A stretch of DNA of 64,000 nucleotides, taken from the NCBI GenBank assembly GCA_013153515.1, contig JAADEI010000110.1, forward strand, positions 13 to 64,012, in the 5' to 3' direction. Under the pieces are notes generated by a model that saw nothing but the letters and a program-made list of their open reading frames with translations, ran no database searches and was not told the origin of the DNA. Made by a program: the position numbers and the translations under genes. This stretch comes from Chlorobiota bacterium. Lineage in GTDB: Bacteria > Bacteroidota > Bacteroidia > JAADEI01. The number at the start of each line of letters is the position of its first letter. The stretch's first letter is position 1. Positions 56,170-64,000 of the stretch are shown here, piece by piece.

Positions 56170-56943
56170 TTAAAAACAAGGTTTCCAACAACCATCAAGG
56201 TCTGTGCAAGCCTTTGCTGAACTGAATCCTAAATCTTTCGCCAAACAACAAAACTTGTTTCTTGATAGTTCATATTCCACTTCCAGAACTGGTTTGCCAC
56301 TTTGGGTAATTGGAGCATAAGCGTCGCATTCGTCAAAGGCAAAGCACTCTTCCACAACTGCCAAATCAAGGTCTGATAATAGTTCTGGCACGAGATCGCC
56401 ATTGTTTTTCAAAGCAATTTTTAGGTTTCTGGAATGGGCTTCTTGGGCAAGCCATTTGAAATAGTCAATAGCATCAGTTCGGGTTAAGGAGAAACCAGTG
56501 TTGGTCTTCCATCCATCTAAATTGTCTGGCTCAACGCCATCGCATCCCTTGGAAACTGCCAAGTCCAAACGTTTCGCCATAATGGTTCTGACTGCATCAC
56601 TGCGAATGTCAAGCCAGTATTCACCTTCCCAACCTTCCATCGGATTGCCAACAACCGAATCGGGGAATTGTCCTGCGTCGGGTCGCCAGTCTTCAAGAGT
56701 GCCTGCAGAAAAATAGCATATTACCGTGCCACCGTTGTCCTGAATACGCTTGATCTGTTCAGGGGAAGTGTTGAATAGGTCTATGTCATAATAGTCATAT
56801 TTGCGGTCTATCTCTTTGTCCGTAATGGTTTCGCCCAGTTTGTATAACCACGTGTAGGAGGCTTTGCAGGAAGCCTTCCATTTGCAGGACTGTAAAGATG
56901 TCAAGAATAGCAATATCCCAACCAATGGAACCAGTCTGTTCAT
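56170..56943 (-). CDS. GH114-family endo-alpha-1,4-polygalactosaminidase-like lipoprotein
   Basis: Lipobox-like LTSLQSC. YYDIDLF...ICYFSAG...WLDIR...GCDGVEPDNLDGW is the GH114 TIM-barrel signature. Confidence 0.7.
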   Translation of the reverse strand: MNRLVPLVGILLFLTSLQSCKWKASCKASYTWLYKLGETITDKEIDRKYDYYDIDLFNTSPEQIKRIQDNGGTVICYFSAGTLEDWRPDAGQFPDSVVGNPMEGWEGEYWLDIRSDAVRTIMAKRLDLAVSKGCDGVEPDNLDGWKTNTGFSLTRTDAIDYFKWLAQEAHSRNLKIALKNNGDLVPELLSDLDLAVVEECFAFDECDAYAPITQSGKPVLEVEYELSRNKFCCLAKDLGFSSAKACTDLDGCWKPCF

Positions 56944-57058
56944 GTAACTTTTGTTTTATTATAAAGATATAGTGAACAAACGTTAGACGCAAGCATTTTA
57001 TTAAAGAAAAACCCGAATTAACTTTGTTAAACCACCCAAAAATATCAGATAGTTAGCC

Positions 57059-60000
57059 ATGATGCACAGATGCAGGTTAGACAAGGAGTCAGTGAGACGA
57101 GTGGTCGGGAAAACTATCTTTGAACGGGGAGAACAATATCTTAAAGAGGAGAGGGTTGAAATTTTAAGTATTCGTCCAACAGAAGTTGATTCCCGCAAAA
57201 ACATTAGTGCAATCGCCCATGGACAGGAAAACAATGTATACAACATAAAAGGCAATTTGGTTTATAGTAATGACGATATATACATAGACCTGTCCTGTAC
57301 TTGTCCCTTTGGCAGGAAGGGTATTCCCTGCAAGCACGAAGTGGCGTGTGCCCTGCAATTGGAAATCGCTTATGATGAATTGAAGGAGATGAGGGATGCA
57401 AATGCAGAAGAATGGTCAGATTTCATAAAAAATCATCTTCCTGAGATAGTTAAAAAATCCACGAAAAAGCAGTCAGGAAGCAAGGCTAAGAGCGGAAAGG
57501 CTTTATTATGGGGCGTATTCATCGTTCCTGTGAAGAATAAAAAGGTTTATTACACACGGGATTGGGTCGCCATTCCCGGGTTCTTCCCTATGGATGCCAA
57601 CTATTTTAATTCTTATATGAAACTCAGGAAGCACCTGCCAAAAGTTATGGAGAAAGCGTGGAAGGGTCGTAAAGTCGTTTTTGACAGAAGCAAATTGAAA
57701 AGGAAAACAATTGATAACTTGAAAACTGGAACCCTTGCAAAGAATCTTGATAATCTATTGGAGAAGTATAAGTCAAGAGAAGGCATTCCCGCTACTGAAT
57801 TCCCTTCTTTTATGTTCTCTCTTGGAGAGGAACTTTCTTCAGGAGGTTGGGTTCCTGTGTTTGTTGATAGAAGATGCCTGCCAGTGTCCGATAAAAAAAG
57901 GTCTAATAAGGTTTTTATATTTGAAAACGTTTACGAATCATTTGATTTCACTTATGTTGCTTCATTAGTGGGAGAAGAAGATGGAGTTAAGAAATATGTC
58001 ATTGATGCATATCCCGGACTAATGACCACGCCGAAGTTTTTTGAGGAAAAGCACGTGTTGGCTTCTGACCAGAAAGGTTTTAGCATCACTTATGAATTTA
58101 ATAAGGACAGAAGTGTAAACTCAATGTATGCCAACGTGATATTTCCCATATATGCTAACCCTGAGGAGGCACCACCAATAGGAGTTCCAATTTCCAAGCA
58201 GGAGTTCATAGATGCGATGAATGAGGAGGGCATTAATCGTGGATTCATTCGTCTAATGATTTTTGGAGAGGAATTGGAAATAATTGAAAACAAAAAGCCA
58301 AAGCCAAGATTATATCTTGAACTTAAAAATAATAAAATTTATGCCCGATTGCGATTCAAATATGGAAAGGCAGAAGTTGATTTTAGGAACCAGAAGCAAC
58401 CCTTTGAGTTTCTTGACAGGGGAGATGGATTCTATTATGTGCGACGAGACCCTGAGGAAGAGTATGCTATCTATCGGGAACTGGCTCAAAAAGAATATGG
58501 TCTTGGCAATTTGCGTAAGGACGCTGATTTCATGATGCCTGTCAGGTCAAACATTCATCCTTTTGAGTTCTTGGAAAAATACGTTCCCAAAATTGTGTCG
58601 CTGGGAGTGGATGTCTTCTCTTCCGATGAACTATTGAATATCAAACCACCGAAAATTATGCTTGAAGTTTCACCTGCGGGAATTGACTGGCTGAAACTTG
58701 ACGGAGTGGTTCTGTGGGAGGAAGATAATACTAAGATGTCAATTGAAGAAATTTTAAAACAATGGAGGAAACAAAAAGATGAGAAAATTAAGTATATTAA
58801 ACTTGCTGACGGCACAAGGAAAATTATCCATCCCAAACTGCAGGTTCTTCTTGAAAAATTGGACTCAATCATCAAGTCGGGAAGTAAAATAGACATTGAT
58901 AATCTGTTTATTCTTGACCTTCTTAGCGAAGTGGAAGAAATGCTGGATGTTTCGTGGGATATTGACGTTGAACATAGCATTGAAAAATATAAAAAACTCA
59001 CAAAAGTTAAAAAACTACCTAAATACCCACTGCCCAAAAAGTTCAAAGGGAAGTTGCGACCCTATCAGAAAGAGGGCTATCGCTGGATGAGAATGCTCTA
59101 TGACTATGAATTAGCGGGAATCCTTGCCGATGATATGGGACTGGGCAAAACAGTTCAAGTGTTGGCATTCATCAGTGGAGTGCGGGAGTCTATCCAACCG
59201 AAAAACCCTGATTTAATTATTGTGCCAAGGTCGTTGATTTACCAATGGTTCTCTGAGACTCAAAAATTCACACCACACCTGAGAGTTGGCATTTATGACG
59301 GAACAGACAGGAAAAACCTTCGGTTTGACGATTATGATATTATCCTAACCACTTATGGACTTGTCAGAAACGACATAGATTCCCTTAAAGAAAAGCAGTT
59401 TCACTGCCTAATCCTTGATGAATCTTCATCTGTCGTCAAACAACAGAGGTCAAAGACCGCAAAAGCAATCAGGCAACTAAACGCTAAATTTAAACTTGCC
59501 CTGACGGGCACACCAGTGGAAAATTCCCTTTCTGAATTATGGACGCAAATGTCCCTGCTAATGCCCGGAATCCTTGGCACGTATGGAGCCTTCAGAGACA
59601 TTTTCATAAAAGCAGAGCAGAATTTAAAGAAAGGCATGGCTACACCCATAGACACGATTGCCCTTGAGATATTGAAAGAATACATTAAACCATTGATTTT
59701 GAGACGAACAAAAGAAATGGTCTTGAAAGATTTGCCACCCAAAACAGAAGAGACAATCATGTGCACCCTGCCCACAGAACACAAATCCTTCTACGATGAT
59801 GCTTTTGAATACTTCAGAAAAACAGTTCTTGAACTCAAAAAACAACAGGAATACTGGGAAGCCCGAATTCAATTGCTCTCTGCATTACTCAGGCTCAGGC
59901 AAGCCGCCATCCATCCCAAAATACTGGATTCCAAATATAATGGACCATCTGGAAAATTTGAACAACTCTTGATACTGCTTAACGACATTGCTTCCGGAGG

Positions 60001-60484
60001 ACATAAAGCACTTGTGTTTTCCAGTTTCCTGAAACCACTTGAACTATTAGCAGATTTATTAACTCAACAGGGCTGGCAGTATTCCTTCCTGAGCGGTAAA
60101 ACACCTGCCAAACAACGTCAGAAAGCGATTCAAGAATTTAGCGAAAATCCCGATGTGCCGTTCTTCTTGCTAACACTCAAAGCAGGAGGATTCGGCTTAA
60201 ACCTAACGGCTGCCGACTATGTCATTATCCTTGACCCCTGGTGGAACCCTGCTGTGGAGAGACAGGCTGCCGACAGAGCACACAGAATGGGACAACAAAA
60301 ACCTGTGTTCGTTTTCAAATTGATTTCTAAGGATACAATAGAGGAGCAGGTTTTTCAACTGCAACAGAAAAAGCAACAACTTTTTGATATGGTTATGTCA
60401 AATGATAGCAAGAAATGGGAATCTATTTCTGCCGACCAATTGGAACAAATCATAAAAGTTCTTGTGCCAAAACTGGAAATTTAA
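57059..60484 (+). CDS. SNF2-family helicase with N-terminal SWIM zinc finger
   Basis: SWIM CxC...CxH (CTCPFGRKGIPCKHEVAC). SNF2 motifs LADDMGLGKT and DESSS. Helicase-C (FLLTLKAGGFGLNLT...QAADRAHRMGQ). Confidence 0.85.
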   Translation: MMHRCRLDKESVRRVVGKTIFERGEQYLKEERVEILSIRPTEVDSRKNISAIAHGQENNVYNIKGNLVYSNDDIYIDLSCTCPFGRKGIPCKHEVACALQLEIAYDELKEMRDANAEEWSDFIKNHLPEIVKKSTKKQSGSKAKSGKALLWGVFIVPVKNKKVYYTRDWVAIPGFFPMDANYFNSYMKLRKHLPKVMEKAWKGRKVVFDRSKLKRKTIDNLKTGTLAKNLDNLLEKYKSREGIPATEFPSFMFSLGEELSSGGWVPVFVDRRCLPVSDKKRSNKVFIFENVYESFDFTYVASLVGEEDGVKKYVIDAYPGLMTTPKFFEEKHVLASDQKGFSITYEFNKDRSVNSMYANVIFPIYANPEEAPPIGVPISKQEFIDAMNEEGINRGFIRLMIFGEELEIIENKKPKPRLYLELKNNKIYARLRFKYGKAEVDFRNQKQPFEFLDRGDGFYYVRRDPEEEYAIYRELAQKEYGLGNLRKDADFMMPVRSNIHPFEFLEKYVPKIVSLGVDVFSSDELLNIKPPKIMLEVSPAGIDWLKLDGVVLWEEDNTKMSIEEILKQWRKQKDEKIKYIKLADGTRKIIHPKLQVLLEKLDSIIKSGSKIDIDNLFILDLLSEVEEMLDVSWDIDVEHSIEKYKKLTKVKKLPKYPLPKKFKGKLRPYQKEGYRWMRMLYDYELAGILADDMGLGKTVQVLAFISGVRESIQPKNPDLIIVPRSLIYQWFSETQKFTPHLRVGIYDGTDRKNLRFDDYDIILTTYGLVRNDIDSLKEKQFHCLILDESSSVVKQQRSKTAKAIRQLNAKFKLALTGTPVENSLSELWTQMSLLMPGILGTYGAFRDIFIKAEQNLKKGMATPIDTIALEILKEYIKPLILRRTKEMVLKDLPPKTEETIMCTLPTEHKSFYDDAFEYFRKTVLELKKQQEYWEARIQLLSALLRLRQAAIHPKILDSKYNGPSGKFEQLLILLNDIASGGHKALVFSSFLKPLELLADLLTQQGWQYSFLSGKTPAKQRQKAIQEFSENPDVPFFLLTLKAGGFGLNLTAADYVIILDPWWNPAVERQAADRAHRMGQQKPVFVFKLISKDTIEEQVFQLQQKKQQLFDMVMSNDSKKWESISADQLEQIIKVLVPKLEI

Positions 60485-60524
60485 GTCCTTTTACGAATAG
60501 ATTTACTATCTTTGGGAAAACCAT

Positions 60525-61358
60525 GTGAATATGTTTAAACAGTCATTAATTATTTTGGGCTTGGTCTCAATAATGCTTCTGAGTTGTGGAGGAGGAGGCA
60601 GTGCTGACGAATTAGGGGAAACTGATGTGTCAACAAATGAATTTGTTGAGACTTCTACTGAAACGGAAACGTCTTCTTCAAATAATGAGACTGTTCCTGT
60701 TCAGTCGCAACGAAAAATAGTTTACGAAGGAGAAATCTGGATTGTTGATGATAATCTGGATAGCATAAGGCAACTTGTCCACGCTAAAACGCGTGAATAT
60801 GGAGGATATATCAAACATGAACGCTATGAAAAGTCTGATCAAACAATTCACATTACGGTAGGAGTGCCTTCCGAGAACTTCTTTGCTTTTATGGAATTCC
60901 TGAAAAACACAGGAGAAAAAGTCGTGGAATATACTATAACCACAGAAGACATAACAGACAGATATTATGACTTGCAAACAAGACTCAAAGTGAAAAAGGA
61001 GACCGAAAAGCGATATCTGGAACTGTTGAACAAAGCGCAAACCATTGACGAAATCCTTCAGGTTCAAGAACGTTTAGAGGCCGTCCGACGAGATATAGAA
61101 CACATTGAAGGACGCATTAAAATGTATGACAGGATGGTTACGTATTCAACCATAAGAATAAAAATTTCAAAAGAGACGCCTGACACGCCGGGATATGAAG
61201 CATCTTATTGGGAGAAAGTCCGCAAAAGCATTGAGATAGGAATTGATATTCTGGAATATGCTTCCCTTGTATTTATTGCACTATGGCCCATCTGGGTCGC
61301 CATAGCATTAGCACTATTGGTAAGGGCTATATATCAACGCTACAAGAAAAGACAGTAG
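60525..61358 (+). CDS. DUF4349-like lipoprotein with coiled coil and C-terminal TM helix
   Basis: Signal peptide plus lipobox-like LLSCGGGG. Low-complexity acidic linker. C-terminal hydrophobic helix. DUF4349 is recalled from memory. Confidence 0.5.
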   Translation: MNMFKQSLIILGLVSIMLLSCGGGGSADELGETDVSTNEFVETSTETETSSSNNETVPVQSQRKIVYEGEIWIVDDNLDSIRQLVHAKTREYGGYIKHERYEKSDQTIHITVGVPSENFFAFMEFLKNTGEKVVEYTITTEDITDRYYDLQTRLKVKKETEKRYLELLNKAQTIDEILQVQERLEAVRRDIEHIEGRIKMYDRMVTYSTIRIKISKETPDTPGYEASYWEKVRKSIEIGIDILEYASLVFIALWPIWVAIALALLVRAIYQRYKKRQ

Positions 61359-61364
61359 TTATCA

Positions 61365-62489
61365 CTAATTTAAGACGTGTCTGAGAATAGAGATTAGCTT
61401 TTTGCTTTCCTTTTGAAAATTCCATTGCCTTCTGGCTTTTAGGGTATTTTGCTTCAAAATAAGATATCTTTGTTTATTATCGTAAAGTTTATTGATAGCC
61501 TTAGCTATTTGAGATGCCTTGGCTTGTTTAAGCAGTATCGCAACTTGAAATTCTGAGTTCAGTTGTCTGTATTCTGGAAAATCCATGGTTATTTGAGGAA
61601 TTCCGCCGTGAACATAGTCAAAAAACTTGTTTGCCAGAGAGAAGTAAAAATTTATGTTATTATGCGAAAGCAAGTTGACGCCAACCCAACTTTTTGCAAT
61701 TAACCGTTTCAGTTCAGATGGGCTTATCATCCCAAGGAAAGTAACCCTGTCCGAAATCCCAAGTTCTTTGGAAAGATTTTGAAGCTTCTCACGATAGTGT
61801 CCGTCGCCAGAAATCAATACCTGCACAGGAAATTTTAGAGTTGCGACCGCTTTAAGGAGTTCATCCAGTTTCCTGTCGCCACTAAGCGTTCCTGCATATA
61901 TTATCGCAGGGGGATAAAGGCATTGGGTTGGAGAAGAGAGGCTTTCAAGAAAAGGAATGTTCCTCAGAACTATGTAGTTAACACCGTATTTGTTCTTGAA
62001 AATGTTTGCAAGGCTGTGATTAACAGTCATTCCTAAGGGAGATAGTCTGATAAAAATTTGTTCTATGAGTTCCCACAGGAAGTGTCGCCAAGGGCTTCTA
62101 CGGGCTTCTTCAGTCCCTGTGATATATTCGTGAGCATCAAATATTAGAGTTTTCCTTTTAAGAAAAGAGGCAAGTCGTGCAGAAGGCAAAGCATCCAAAT
62201 CGCAACCTATAACTGCTTTAAATTTAGTGTTAATAAGAAGAAGGAAACTTCGTAGTGCAAACTGAATAAAACTCTTAAACCCTTTCTTCTCAACGTTCAG
62301 GCTGACAACAGGAATACCATAAACAAATTTCTCATCAGATTTAGAGCACACGACCAATCCATTCAGGTTCTTTCCCTTGATGACTTGGCATAGTCGCCTT
62401 ACCCGACTATCATATTTCACATCGCTATTTACTAAGATAACTACATCAGTTGCCCTTTCGTTATTGCGAAACATGTTAAATAAACGCAT
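61365..62489 (-). CDS. glycosyltransferase family 1 (GT4-like)
   Basis: The C-terminal half shows the GT-B pattern with an E-x7-E-like region (GISDRVTFLGMISPSE...). About 370 aa. Confidence 0.65.
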   Translation of the reverse strand: MRLFNMFRNNERATDVVILVNSDVKYDSRVRRLCQVIKGKNLNGLVVCSKSDEKFVYGIPVVSLNVEKKGFKSFIQFALRSFLLLINTKFKAVIGCDLDALPSARLASFLKRKTLIFDAHEYITGTEEARRSPWRHFLWELIEQIFIRLSPLGMTVNHSLANIFKNKYGVNYIVLRNIPFLESLSSPTQCLYPPAIIYAGTLSGDRKLDELLKAVATLKFPVQVLISGDGHYREKLQNLSKELGISDRVTFLGMISPSELKRLIAKSWVGVNLLSHNNINFYFSLANKFFDYVHGGIPQITMDFPEYRQLNSEFQVAILLKQAKASQIAKAINKLYDNKQRYLILKQNTLKARRQWNFQKESKKLISILRHVLN

Positions 62490-62607
62490 TGGAAAGCCTT
62501 ACAGTATTTAAGAAATCCTGCTTCTTATTCTATCTACATTATTGCGAAGCAAAATGATCTATTTTGTAAAAAAGATAACCTATCTTTGCTAAGAAAATAA
62601 GGAGGAT

Positions 62608-63735
62608 ATGAAGTTTAATGTTTCTGCTGCCGATTTGCTGGATGTCTGCAAAGAAGTCAAGCGGGTAATATCTGAAAATACTGTTTTGCCCGTGCTACGC
62701 TGCTTCCTAATGGATTTGAAAGATGGGCGTTTAGAGATAATTGGCAACAACCTTGAAAGTGGTATGAGAACTTCCCTTGAAGTGAGCGGGGAAGGATCTG
62801 GCAAGGCGGCAGTGCCCGCTAAAGTGTTCCTTGATTTCCTGAGGAGAGTGAAAGATGAACAACTTTCCGTAGAATTAGATCCTTCTCATTTTTCCTTGAA
62901 TATAAAAACTGGCACAGGTAACTATAAGGTAACAGGAGATAATCCAGAGGAATTTCCGTTGCTGCCTGAGATGGAAGGTGGCAATCAGGTTGTCCTGCCC
63001 GCTCACCTGCTTAAGCATTTCATTGAAACCACATTGTTTGCCGCTTCAAAAGACGAAGAGACCAATAGGGCATTGGCGGGAGTACATATAGAGTTTGAAG
63101 ACCAAGGTATCAATTTCGTTGCAACAGATGCACACAGATTGATCCTCTATTCCACTAAGGAAGTTCCCGGAATAACTGCCTCTTTTAATCCCAATGCTTT
63201 CACCCTTCCAAGGAAAGCCGCCACCATACTAAAAGATGTCCTGCCCGCTGACGAAGAAACACAAGTAACTTTAACTTTCAACGATAAGTATGCATTCTTT
63301 CAATTTGGAGACACATTGTTCTATTCCCAACTCATAGATGCCGCATTTCCAAACTATAAGCAGATCATACCCGACTCATATCCCAACTATTTAGTCGTTA
63401 ACAGGGATCTTTTGTTGACTGCATTGCAGAGAGTGTCCTTGTTTGCCAATCGCACTACCCAAGCCGTTGTTTTTGAACTAAACACTGAACCCAAATTAAT
63501 TGCCGAAGACATAGACTTTTCCAACAGAGGGGAAGAGAAACTTATGGCAACATATCAAGGCGAACCTATGAACGTTACTTTCAATGCACCTTTCCTTGAA
63601 GAAGCTATTAAAAACTTCCCTTCCGATGAACTGAGGATAGAATTCGCCTCTGTAGACCATCCAGTTATGATTTATCCCGCTCAGGAAATAGAGAACCGTA
63701 AGGCATTGATGCTAATTATGCCTATTGGAGCATAA
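62608..63735 (+). CDS. dnaN: DNA polymerase III beta subunit (sliding clamp)
   Basis: MKFNVSAADLLDVCKEV..., three-domain clamp, 375 aa. AAGGAGG SD 4 nt upstream. Confidence 0.9.
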   Translation: MKFNVSAADLLDVCKEVKRVISENTVLPVLRCFLMDLKDGRLEIIGNNLESGMRTSLEVSGEGSGKAAVPAKVFLDFLRRVKDEQLSVELDPSHFSLNIKTGTGNYKVTGDNPEEFPLLPEMEGGNQVVLPAHLLKHFIETTLFAASKDEETNRALAGVHIEFEDQGINFVATDAHRLILYSTKEVPGITASFNPNAFTLPRKAATILKDVLPADEETQVTLTFNDKYAFFQFGDTLFYSQLIDAAFPNYKQIIPDSYPNYLVVNRDLLLTALQRVSLFANRTTQAVVFELNTEPKLIAEDIDFSNRGEEKLMATYQGEPMNVTFNAPFLEEAIKNFPSDELRIEFASVDHPVMIYPAQEIENRKALMLIMPIGA

Positions 63736-63807
63736 GAACACAAAAATTTATGATTAGAATCATTATTGCCTCATGAAAAAATTCTATCTTAGCCTCAAGA
63801 AGGAGCT

Positions 63808-64000
63808 ATGAGTAGGATAGGAATCTTGAAGGATTCGGACGGTAGGGTTGCCTTAGTTCCACAGGACGTTGCCGCCTTGGTTAAAAAAGGAATGGAAGTT
63901 CTTGTTGAGAAGGGGGCTGGACTTGCCTCGCTGTTTGATGATGAAGAATATGAGGAGGCTGGGGCACGAATCGTTGCCAGAGATGAGGTTTACTCTAATT
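63808..64000 (+). CDS. alanine dehydrogenase/PNT-family protein (5' partial, continues beyond window)
   Basis: MSRIGILKDSDGRVALVPQDVAALVKKGMEVLVEKGAG is the AlaDh_PNT N-terminus. AAGGAG SD upstream. Confidence 0.6.
   Translation, partial: MSRIGILKDSDGRVALVPQDVAALVKKGMEVLVEKGAGLASLFDDEEYEEAGARIVARDEVYSN

Noticed and set aside
63736-63780. Palindrome atgattagaatcat after dnaN as a terminator
   Set aside because: Only a 6-bp A/T-rich stem with no T-run. Too weak to call.

Overview
This 64 kb window is chromosomal DNA from a bacterium with a type IX secretion system (T9SS), in the Bacteroidota/FCB group. About 40% of the window is core genes, about 45% is secreted, surface or accessory functions, and the rest is hypothetical or accessory. 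Several genes have AGGAGG-type Shine-Dalgarno sequences, so it is not a typical Bacteroidia genome.

Core genes:
- Replication and nucleotide metabolism: dnaE, dnaX, dnaN, mazG, phoH.
- Translation: infC, infA, rpmJ, rpsM, rpsK, rpsD, rpoA, rplQ.
- Metabolism and cofactors: coaD, sucC, ispE, trxA, a MoeB/ThiF-rhodanese protein, and two Ald/PNT-family dehydrogenases.
- tRNA modification: tsaC, tsaE.
- T9SS regulation: a receiver-domain regulator adjacent to rplQ that looks like PorX.

Secreted and surface proteins:
- At least six proteins end in T9SS C-terminal sorting domains: an 899-aa PKD-repeat protein, a 1256-aa protein with internal tandem repeats, an inverted pair of Cys-rich paralogs flanking coaD, and two others.
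- A TonB-dependent receptor.
- A two-unit M16 peptidase.
- A NagZ(GH3)/beta-lactamase-fold fusion.
- A GH114 hydrolase.
- An SNF2 helicase with a SWIM zinc finger.

Most interesting unexplained content:
1. A compact five-gene minus-strand cluster (5806-10371) directly downstream of dnaE-mazG. It encodes a lambda-phosphatase-like PPP enzyme, an HTH_10-like regulator, a 670-aa acidic protein of tandem winged-helix-like modules with no recognisable catalytic motif, and two small membrane proteins.
2. A pair of roughly 160-190 bp intergenic repeat elements (30.7 kb and 40.7 kb) with terminal inverted repeats and internal arrays of a ctctgtgtcc unit.
3. A GIY-YIG/DUF4357 gene whose N-terminal GIY motif is split off by a single-T frameshift.
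4. The inverted T9SS-cargo paralog pair around coaD, whose shared 50-aa block is invariant at protein level but diverged at synonymous sites.
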